Below the pieces are notes generated by a model that did not search any database, was not told where the DNA came from, and was given only the letters and a program-made list of their open reading frames with translations. Shown here piece by piece: positions 50,727 to 60,627 of a stretch of DNA of 64,000 nt. Within the stretch, counting starts at the first letter, position 1, and each line of letters begins with the position of its first letter. The position numbers were made by a program, and so were the translations under genes. Source of the DNA: Mobula hypostoma (lineage: Eukaryota); contig NC_086108.1 of NCBI RefSeq assembly GCF_963921235.1, forward strand, positions 46,688,001 through 46,752,000, read 5' to 3'.

Positions 50727-52142
50727 CAAACCCCATTTCCAGAAAAGTTGGGATATTTTCCAAAATGCAATAAAAACAAAAATCTGTGATATGTTAATTC
50801 ACGTGAACCTTTATTTAACTGACAAAAGTACAAAGAAAAGATTTTCAATAGTTTTACTGACCAACTTAATTGTATTTTGTAAATATACACAAATTTAGAA
50901 TTTGATGGCTGCAACACACCCAACAAAAGTTGGGACAGAGTTAAAATAAGATTGAAAAGTGCACAGAATATTCAAATAACACCGGTTTGGAAGACTCCAC
51001 ATTGCAGAGAATTTAGGTCTTTCAACATCTACAGTACATAATATTGTGAAAAGATTCAGAGAATTCAGAGACATCTCAGTGCGTAAAGGGCAAGGTCGGA
51101 AACCACTGTTCAATGCGCGTGATCTTCGAGCCCTCAGGCGGCACTGCCTAAGAAACCGTTATGCTACTGTGACAACTATAGCCACCTGGGCTCGGGAGTA
51201 CTTCGGAAAACCATTGTCACTCAACACAGTCCGTCACTGCATCCAGAAATGCAATTTGAAACTGTGTTACGCAAGGAGGAAGCCACACATCAACTCTATG
51301 CAGAAATGCCGGCGAGTTCTCTGGGCCCGAGCTCATCTCAGATAGACCGAAAGACTGTGGAACCATGTGCTGTGATCAGATGAGTCCACATTTCAGCTAG
51401 TTTTCAGAAAAAATGGGCGTCGGGTTCTCCATGCCAAAGATGAAAACGACCATCCAGATTGTTATCAGCGAAAGGTGCAAAAGCCAGCAGCTGTGATGGT
51501 ATAGGGGTGCATCAGTGCCCATGACATGAAGGTACCATTGATTCTGAGGCATATATTAGAATTTTAGAGAAACATATATTGCCATCAAGGCGACGTCTCT
51601 TCCCGGGACTTCCATGCTTATTTCAGCAGGACAATGCCAGACCACATTCTGCACGGGCTACAACAGCGTGGCTTTGTAGACGCAGAGTGCATGTACTTTG
51701 CTGGCCTGTTGCCAGACCAGATCTATCTCCTATTGAAAATGTATGGCGCATCATGAAGAGGAGTATCAGACGACGGAGACTACGGACTGTTGAGCAGCTG
51801 AAGTCTTAAGTTAAGCAAGAATGGACAAAATTTCCAATTGCAAATCTACTACAATTAGTATCCTCAGTTCCAAAACGATTAAAAAGTGTTATTAAAAGGA
51901 AAGGTGATGTAACACAATGGTAAACATGCCTCTGTCCCAACTTTTGTTGAGTGTGTTGCAGCCATCAAATTCTAAATTTGTGTATGTTTACAAAATACAA
52001 TCAAGTTGGTCAGTAAAACTATTGAAAATCTTTCCTTTGTACTTTTGTCAGTTAAAAAAAGTTCACGTGAATTAACATATAACAGATTTTTGTTTTTATT
52101 GCATTTTGGAAAATATACCAACTTTTCTGGAAATGGGGTTTG
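50727..52142 (+). mobile_element. Tc1-like transposon (second family) with ~215-bp IR/DR ends and a decayed DD34E transposase
   Basis: TA|caaaccccatttccagaaaagttgg ... ccaacttttctggaaatggggtttg|TA. RKGQGRKP, SDES, QQDNARPH-(34)-PDLSPIENVW; several stops and deletions. Confidence 0.93.
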
Positions 52143-53865
52143 TATGACAAAGCAGCTCATTTGACTGGAAAATCATCCAGCACCATAAACAATCACTCCC
52201 TCCATCACACTTGTACTGTGGGAGCAGTGTGTAGCATTCACAAGGGGCTCACTCAGTTCCCAAACCCTGTGACCTCTACAGTCAAGAAGGACAAGATCGT
52301 CAGTATAAGGGAATACCTTCACCTGCAGCTATCCTTCTGACTTACACACTAAACGGATTTGAAATATTACCTTGTTCCTCCATAATCACTAGATCTAAAC
52401 CCTGGAACACCTAACTGAGTAGTTTTGTGTATCTACTCCAGAACCACCTGGTCAATTATAATTCAGGATGGGCAATAAATAATAGCATTGTTTCCACATG
52501 CAAAAAAAAATACTAACATATGAATTGGGAGTAGGAGAAGGCTGCTGGATCTCTGAAGCCTGTGTCTCCTGTCAATAAGATCATAGCTGTGTTTCCTAAA
52601 ATTGTTATGGATGGCCTGACAATTCTATAACATGGCCATTAGCATCTGGTCTAAACTCAGCCTGCATTGAATGGATATTTCACTTTCATCACCAGGAACA
52701 CCTCAGAAAACAATAGCTATGTCACAGGAACACACACATGCCAAATGTGGAATGCTCTGAGTTGTAGAGGCCACAGTGAACAAATTAGAGGAATTTTTTG
52801 CAGCCCTAATCAATGAGTGGTTTGAGCTGTCTAGATAATTAAAAGGAGGATGCTCCCTGGACAGGTTCACCCCCAACTAGAGGAAGACCTCACACATGAA
52901 TGCAATATGTGGCTGCAAACAAAGGACTCCACACAACAAAACTCTTGCCTTCCCTTCACCCCACATTCATTTCTATTCCTTCCTCTTGCCTTGTGCCCTC
53001 TCCCACTCCACCCCATTCAATACAGCTATGGAACACAAATATTCCGGAAGTGGCCCGGCTCTTGAAGCAGCAGGACAAATCTAATCCAGACAATCATTAC
53101 TACAAACATCCACCAATCAGCAGAAAGTACGAGAAGAAAGCATCAAGCAAAATCAAGCCACCAATAACTTGCTCTCTGGACTGTTAGTTTGCATTCTGGC
53201 AAGAACCACAGCACAGCTTTCTTCCTTACTTGAATATAAGAATGCCGCTAGGCCCAGGTTATAGCACCACTGGTACCTCAAAAAACTATTGTTTAGGGAG
53301 GGTCAGAGGTAAAAAACTTTCCTGTATATAAATTCATAACGAAAGAAAGAAAGGCATTCATAATTTTTAGAAAGAAAGGTAACGATTATATTCAACAAGC
53401 AAAATCCTGTCTACCTTTAAGGGAGAAAAGTCTGAAGAAAATGCATGATACCAGTGAAACATACTTTACCATTTCTGCAATTCACTGAAAGCTAGACAAA
53501 TATTGAAATGGAGGAGCACAAGAATAAATAGTTTTCATAACAAAGTTTGAGTGGACTTGTGAAAATGCCCTGTTCCCACCCAGCAGGAGTAGCCTGCAAC
53601 ACTGCAATGACTGTCAAATCCATCTCTATCTTGCTGAACTCCCAGACACTTGATCTTCTGTACAAGTGTCTGTAAGTCGGGCTTTCACAACCGGCACAGG
53701 ATCAATCACCATTATTTAGCAATGAGAGATGTCAGAGTAGGTGACTGTAGCCATCGGGTCAGCATATGCACCAGAGGCCAAGAAAGCATACTTATCTACA
53801 ACAGCCAATCCTACCTGTAAGCATGCAGTGCATAGACCACGAGTCATATTGATGTGTGATTGTAC

Positions 53866-53958
53866 CTCTTCACTTCTGGATGACAACAAGTGGACTGGAT
53901 GTGCTTGAATTCCTGAAAGCAGAGTCTCACAAACGTCTATCCACTCAGAAGACTCGGA
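53866..53958 (-). CDS. AXDND1: AXDND1-like exon (93 bp): SESSEWIDVCETLLSGIQAHPVHLLSSRSEE; an alternative in-frame donor would extend it to 53815
   Basis: ccttatttttccaag| acceptor. EWIDVCETLLS resembles the recalled human EWINTCSCLLS. The donor is GAG|gtacaa or CAG|gtagga. Confidence 0.8.
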
Positions 53959-54104
53959 CTTGGAAAAATAAGGAATTCAAAATGATCATGTAGCAAAACT
54001 GTTCAATTTTGTGAATTGACCCTCATATGAGTTAATTACAGAGAGGAAAATTACACAGTAATATTCACAAGATCCTTAAAATGACAAAAAAAATCAAATA
54101 TCAT

Positions 54105-54810
54105 CAGATTTGAGTTCAAGAGCAGAGAGGTAATATTACAGCTATATAGGACCCTTGACAGACCCCACTTGGAGTACTGTGCTCAGTTCTGGTCACCTCA
54201 CTACAGAAAGAATGTGGAAACTATAGAAAAGGTGCAGAGGAGATTTACAAGGATGTTGCCTGGATTGGGGAGCATGCCTTATGAGAATAGGTTGAGTAAA
54301 CTTGGCCTTTTCTCCTTGGAGCGACGGAGGTTAAGAGGTGACCTGATAGCAGTGTATAAAATGATGAGTGACATTGATCTTGTGGATAGTCAGAGGCTTT
54401 TTCCCAGGGCTGAAATAGCTAACACGAGAGGGCACAGTTTTAAGGTACTTGGAAGTATTACTATTTAACTACTTATGGTTTTATTACTATTTAATTATTT
54501 ATGGTGCAACTGTAACGAAAACTAGTTTCCCCCGGGATCAATAAAGTATGACTAAGTAGGTACAGAGGAAATGTCAGGGGTCAGTTTTTTTACACAGAGA
54601 GTGGTGAGTGTGTAGAATGGGATGCTGGCGCAGTGGTGGAGGAGGATACAATAGGGTCTTTTAAGAGACTCTTGGATAGGTACACGGAGCTTCGAAAGAT
54701 AGAGGGCTATGGGTAACCCTTGGTAATTTCTAAAGTAAGTACATGTTCGGCACAGCATTGTGGGCCAAAGGGTCTGTATTGTGCTGTAGGTTTTCTACAT
54801 TTCTATAACT
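54105..54810 (+). mobile_element. CR1 LINE 3' part with a ~100-bp LINE-tail insertion (~54457-54553)
   Basis: RPHLEYCAQFWSPHYRK..VQRRFTRMLPG..TRGHSFKV; the insertion ends gggatcaataaagtatgact and is flanked by aagta. Confidence 0.85.
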
Positions 54811-54882
54811 GGTCTCCTATTAGGTATGCTACCATTAACTTGACTAACTGTTGTCACCTATGTCTACAATTGCAAGCATTAC

Positions 54883-54979
54883 CTTCAGTTTTTCAAGCTC
54901 CTTGAGTTCATCATCAGGATTATGGGCATGGGCTGCTTTCTGCTGCTTCACCATTGCCTCCACTATATCCTTGCACCAG
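54883..54979 (-). CDS. AXDND1: AXDND1-like exon (97 bp, phase 2 to 0): (R)WCKDIVEAMVKQQKAAHAHNPDDELKELEKLK
   Basis: tttattcttacag| acceptor and AAG|gtaatg donor; resembles the recalled human CCKGMVTAM..DLYEVDKLK. Confidence 0.88.
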
Positions 54980-55334
54980 CTGTAAGAATAAACACAGCAG
55001 GTACAGAATAGGTAAAAAGCATTAAGAACTGATGCACAAGTGAAACACAGCAACAAAAGTCTAAAAATTCCAATTTCAATGTTTATTCTCTGTCAGAAAA
55101 ACTGTTCCTGCAATTTATCTCATTGTCTCAAATTTCAAATAAAAGAATAAAATTTACAATGGAAAAGAGGGGGAATTCCTTTGCTCAGAGGGTTGAGAGT
55201 CTTTGAATGACTCAATAAATGTATTCAAAACTGAGATTAGGCAAGTCTGTAGGGAGGTTAAGTGCCATGAGTATTAGACTGTAGAGTCCAGGGACCATGT
55301 AATCTACTTCTGCTCTGGATTATTCAGTTCATGA

Positions 55335-55470
55335 GAAAAAGGAAGAGAGAAAAAGAGTGAAAGAGAGAATGAGAGAAAGTGAAAAAAGGAAAGGTGAAAG
55401 AAAGTGAGAAATGGAAAGAGAAAGTAACAGAAGAAAGAAAGAAAAAATAAGAGAAAAGGAGAAAGAGAAA
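55335..55470. repeat. GA-rich low-complexity purine tract
   Basis: Near-pure A/G sequence with imperfect gaaa/gaga repeats. Confidence 0.8.
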
Positions 55471-55499
55471 TTAGGACACAGGACTTTCAGTAAGTAGAC

Positions 55500-55812
55500 T
55501 AAAAGCATCCGTTAGTCTTGCGAGACCATGGATCTGCGCCTGGAAAGTCTTCACTCTCCAGGGCGCAGGCTTGGCCAAGGTTGTATGGAAGACCAGCAGT
55601 TGCCCATGCTGCAAGTCTCCCCTCTCCACGACACCAATGTTGTCCAAGGGAAGGGCATTAGGACCCATACAGTTTGGCACCAGTGTCGTTGCAGAGCAAT
55701 GTGTGATTAAGTGCCTTGCTCAAGGACACAACACGTTCCCTCAGCTGGGGCTCAAACTCACGACCTTCAGGTCGCTAGTCCAATGCCCTAACCACTTGGC
55801 CACATGCCCACA
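55500..55812 (-). mobile_element. tRNA-derived SINE
   Basis: On the - strand: A-box tggccaagtgg and B-box-like gtttgagcc, then tgtgtccttgagcaaggcactt. Confidence 0.7.
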
Positions 55813-56400
55813 CGCTTTCAGTATCAATGCAGATTTATACATATTAAATTAATTAACAGTACATTTAAATTTGATGGTACCCACTCCATAATTCTTTAGC
55901 ATAAGCCTGAAACTCACTGCTTTGCAGTATTAAGAAAGTTCTTCATCGTGTATTATCCCAGCTTTCAGGTACGATGGTAAAAACTACAGTAACTCGACAT
56001 TATCCTCCCAATTGCCTATAAAAGATTCCAAGGTGCTACTTAAAGTGCTGAAGTGTTTTCCCTGTGTCCTCATCAAAATTTATTCCTCACCACAAGGTAA
56101 GTTAAATAATCTTATTACTTATGTCTTTGCTGTTTCTCAGACTTGACTGTGTACAACTTGGCTGCAGTGTTTTCAACAACACCACAGTATGTTAGCTTCA
56201 AATATACGTTGTGGACTATAGGTACTTAGAAAAACGGAGCTCCAGCTGGCTGCATATAAAGAGTATGCCATCTTTTTCCATTACATTCCATTATATATTA
56301 ATAAGTATTTTTCTATAAAACTAAAAGTGGATAGATGTTAGTAATGCCTCACTATTTCTGAACACCATTATTCTAGTAATTCAGCCAACTTTGTTATTAC

Positions 56401-56591
56401 CGATACATTTGTGTTGATAATATATTCAGCTGAGTAGCCACTATCAGTGCTTTCTCCTCCAGCATGTCAATTGTATTTGGTCCAGGCAGGTATCTGAAGT
56501 ATACTTTCTTGGTTTTCTCTTCTGTATCATGTACAACATGAAGCAAAATGTCTACTAGCAAATGGCTCATTGCACTCTGAATGATGGCAAC
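56401..56591 (-). CDS. AXDND1: AXDND1-like exon (191 bp, phase 0 to 2): VAIIQSAMSHLLVDILLHVVHDTEEKTKKVYFRYLPGPNTIDMLEEKALIVATQLNILSTQMY(R)
   Basis: tttcctgatcttccag| acceptor, CG|gtaata donor, 63 open codons; phases match both neighbours. Confidence 0.87.
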
Positions 56592-57409
56592 CTGGAAGAT
56601 CAGGAAATAAAAAATAAAAAATATATTTAATTTTTTCCCAGTTTCTTGTTATTATACTTCTCCATCATATATTTAACAGTTTTGTTATACTGTATTTATT
56701 TCAAATATTCCCAAAACAAATAAAATTTAAAAAGCAGAAGATGTGCAAGACTGAACACTAGTGCAGACAATCCATTCAGAGTTTTTAAGCAATAGGCAGA
56801 CTCTTGAAATTAAATTTTCCAAGCAAAAGAATATCCATTGTAATGTACAAAAATATCAAAATCAGACATATATACTCAGAAATCTTTGGCTTTGAAAATA
56901 TATTGTGCATTATACAGTACATCACCGGTGCTGTTACCAAAATCCTCACTAACTCAAAAATGCGGCTGATATGGCCTTCAGGCATGAATTAAAATCACGG
57001 GAATTGACAATGATTTGGCATGACATGAATGAATCCTGATGCATATGGCATAGCAAAGGGCCATATTAAGTCACCAAATCACAAATGCAGCAGAAACCAC
57101 CAATTAATGCTATAATTCCATGATTCTGCATATTTGACATAATTCACAGCTGGATAGGAAAAGGATTTAGTTCCTCCATGAAGAATGTAATTAGCGTACT
57201 TTAGCAGATTGATTGGAAATAATTAGAGAAAATTACATTAAAATTGAAGTAAAACTAATTTCAAGTCGCAGATGATACTGCATTTTGATGATTTCTTCCA
57301 ATTACAGAAAATTTAAATGAAGATAATGAGAGATCAAACAAAAAATATAGCAAGCAAACAATACAGGCAATTTATTTGCCTGAGAATACAGTCAAATTAA
57401 CTGACTGAA

Positions 57410-58050
57410 ACAAGAGAAAATCTGCAGATGCTGGAAATCCAAGTGACACACACAAGATACTGGAGGAACTCAGCAGGCCAGGCAGAATCTATGGAATAAA
57501 GCACAGTCAACGTTTCGGGCCGAAACACTTCAGCAGGACTGGAGAAAAAAGGCTGAGGAGTAGATTTAAAAGATGGGGAGGGGAGAGAGAAACACAAGGT
57601 GATAGGTGAAACCTGAAGGGGGAGGGATGAATTAAAGAGCTGAGAAGTTGATTGGTGAAAGAGACAGAAGACCATGGAAGAAAGAAAGGTGGGGGGAGCA
57701 CCAGAGGGAGGCGATGGGCAGGTAAGGAGATAAGGTGAGAGGGGGAAAAGAGGATGGAAAATGGTGAGGGGGGTGGTTAGTGGGGCATTATCAAAAGTTT
57801 TGAAACCGATGTTCATGCCATCAGGCTGGAGGCTACCCAAATGGAATATAAAGTGCTGTTCCTCCAACCTAAATGTGGCCTCATCTTAAAAGACTACGGA
57901 TGGACATATTGGAATGGGAATGGGAAGTGGAAGTAAAATGGGTGGCCACTGGGAGATCCCGCTTTTTCTGGTGGACAGAGCATTCAAACACCTACGTTCC
58001 ATCCCCCAGAAAAAACGGGATCTCCCAGTGGCCACCCATTTTAATTCCAT
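57410..58050 (-). mobile_element. Penelope-like 3' part with a short inverted 5' end
   Basis: EEQHFIFHLGSLQPDGMNI; hammerhead-like motif at 57504-57541; fold-back at 57928-58049. Confidence 0.85.
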
Positions 58051-59363
58051 CAAACAGAAATTTGGAATACTAGCATTCAGTAAAGATCTGTTGGCAGCCA
58101 ATTCAACACTGTAGAGGGGCACCTGGTAATTTAACAGGACAGCAGAAATGCACTTTGGTTATATAAATTATGAAGAAAGTTTAATCTCTTTTTTTATTTC
58201 TTTTGCCTTTTATCCTACTATATACTTCCTGTTCAGTTTTATCTTCCTCTCCCCCAATTCTCTAGATTATAAGACTTGACAGGATAGAATTTTATCCTCC
58301 TTTGTATGCACTAAACAGTTTCAAAATTTTGTATCATTTTACCTCAGTACATTATTCATTTAATGCTCAAAACCCAGAATGACCTGCCAAAGGGTCTCAG
58401 CCTAAAATATCAACGGTACTTTTTTTTTCATAGATGCTGCCTGGACTGCTGAGTTCCTCCAGAGTTTTATGTGTTGCTTGGATTTCCAGCATCTGCAGAT
58501 TTTCTCCTGTTTGTGAATGAATTTCTACCTTGTTATATCGCCAAACTTCTTCAGCTATAATGACAGTTCAAACAACACTTCAAGTATTGATCACAAGCAT
58601 TCTGGCCTTTTTGTGCATATTGGGTTGAATCTCTATTTTCCATACATTAAAAAAACTGGCTTCCACCACATCACACCACCAGGATATACAGTACTCTCCT
58701 CCCACCGTGCCTCCCGGCCTCACCTCCACCTTTCCCAATCCTCCCATCCAAGCAAGCAGTGATTGTATCTTCCCTTCCGCAAATTCAAGGCAAATGTGTA
58801 CTACAATGTGTCTGAGTGAGGGGTCTGCTAGATCTGCACAGGTAGAAATGTGTGCAGAGTTTTACATGTGTATGTTGTTGAAGTAGTGTTAGGCTGCACG
58901 GTAGTTGGCAAGAGGTCTTTGTCGATGCACTCATTGACCAAACTTATGAGGACATTCAATGTTTTTTCTGCACTGGGACCTGGTCTCAAGTATATTTCTC
59001 AAGATCCCCCCACTGGACACTTCATTCCACAAGTGCTTCATTTCAGACATTTGTAGCTTTCTGTGCTCCCAAGAACACAAATACGCATAGATGAAAAGGG
59101 ATGAATATGCCTTGCCCATATTTTTGTCTTTGAGCAATTTGTTCCAGCAAAGGCTGGAATCAGTGACCATCTCTTCTTTAAGGATGTGGGCATGAAATGA
59201 ACTAGCTCTAGTTAGATGGAGCTGTGGACCCCTAATATTGCCTGCAGTTACTGGTGTGAATATGGACAAGTTAATGATTGAAGCTGTTTAAAGTTGGGAA
59301 AGCCCTAGAATTCTTCCCCAGGTTACACACAGAAAAATCATGAGAACAGCACTGAAATAAACT

Positions 59364-59801
59364 TACGGGGGGTGATTGATAAGTTCGTGGCCTAAGGTAG
59401 AAGAAGTCAATTTTAGAAAACCTAGCACATTTATTTTTCAACATAGTCCCCTCCTACATTTACACAGTTAGTCCAGCAGTCGTGGAGCATACGGATCTTG
59501 GACCTCCAGAAAGTGTCCACAGCAGGGGTGATTGATAAGTTTGTGGCCTACAGTAGAAGGAGATGACTTGTACAGCTCTCGTTACATGCACATGCAGTTC
59601 AACTCTTTGAGTGATTATGCAGAAAGTTTGAAGTTAATAACTCATCAGGGGTGATTGATAAGTTCGTGGCCTAAGGTAGAAGGAGATGAGTTATTAACTT
59701 CAAACTTTCAACAAAGAGTTGAACTGCATGTGCATGTAACGAGAGCTGTATAACTTATCTCCTTCTACCTTTGGCCACAAACTTATCAATCGCAACTCGT
59801 A
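59364..59801. mobile_element. Mariner-like MITE with reiterated TIRs
   Basis: TA cg..gggtgattgataagttcgtggcct repeated at 59366, ~59526 and ~59647; reverse copy ending cg TA at 59801. Confidence 0.75.
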
Positions 59802-60533
59802 TGTGGAGCTTAAAACAAACACTGAATGAACTCAGTATGTCAAATAGTGCTGATGGAGGGTCTTGACCTGCAAGATTGGCCATCACTTTGCATCCACAAA
59901 TGCTGCTTGACCCGCTGAAGGTTATTTTTCCAACCTTGTGTCTCTGACCTGGTGTGCATCCTCCTTGTTTTACCATTAGCACATTTCCTAGCAACTGTAT
60001 TTGTATTCTGAGAATGCTGTTTGCAGGGAAAACAGACCAAGACCATAAATCAAAAAAGACTGTTATTTACTTCAGTGGGATGTTAAAAAGAAACCTTCTG
60101 AATGAGTGATTATAATGTGGGTTTGCCGCAGTCAGAGCTGGTTGCTATGACAAAGGCAGGTGCATTTAAAGGAAAACTAATATAGCACTTAAATCTTCAG
60201 CAACAACTTTTCACCTATAACACAGCAATATGTCCCACAAGGAGAAAAACAGCTTGATGATAAAGGGCAATTGTAAGCTCACATGAAGCATAAGCAGTGA
60301 GATGAAAGCATTGTGCCTACTATTCTGTTTCTGTATGGTAAGTACTATATATTTAAACTTGTCTCTGAAGTCAAACTCTCAACACCTGGCCAGGTTCTAT
60401 CGTCTCTCTTTCTTTGATACTTCTGGAGCCAGATTTTCAATCTGAACATGGAGGACTGTGGCTGGAAGGTTAATGGTAGCACTTCTAGTGTTGAACCATG
60501 TCTGCAGCTGTTCTTGAAGTGTACCATCAGTAC

Positions 60534-60627
60534 CTGTTGCGTCAGCTTGGTATCCTTGTGATTTATCATCTTAAACAGTGACAACAGCCATTCTTGTATC
60601 GTCTTATTCACTTCTCCAAGCTGTTCT
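60534..60627 (-). CDS. AXDND1: AXDND1-like exon (94 bp): EQLGEVNKTIQEWLLSLFKMINHKDTKLTQQ; 5' boundary uncertain
   Basis: CAG|gtactg donor, phase 0, joins VAIIQ. IQEWLL..IN resembles the recalled human IQQWLL..IN. The acceptor ttcctaattccag lies at the end of L1 sequence. Confidence 0.75.

Noticed and set aside
53414..53492. Two tiny exon-like segments with compatible phases
   Set aside because: The implied intron would be under 40 nt, too short for a vertebrate.
55740..55812. tRNA gene
   Set aside because: A/B boxes are present but there is no full cloverleaf, and the sequence continues into a SINE body.
59364..59700. Direct repeats with spacers resembling a CRISPR array
   Set aside because: Only three units, long irregular spacers, TA-flanked inverted end, eukaryotic context and no cas genes: it is a MITE.
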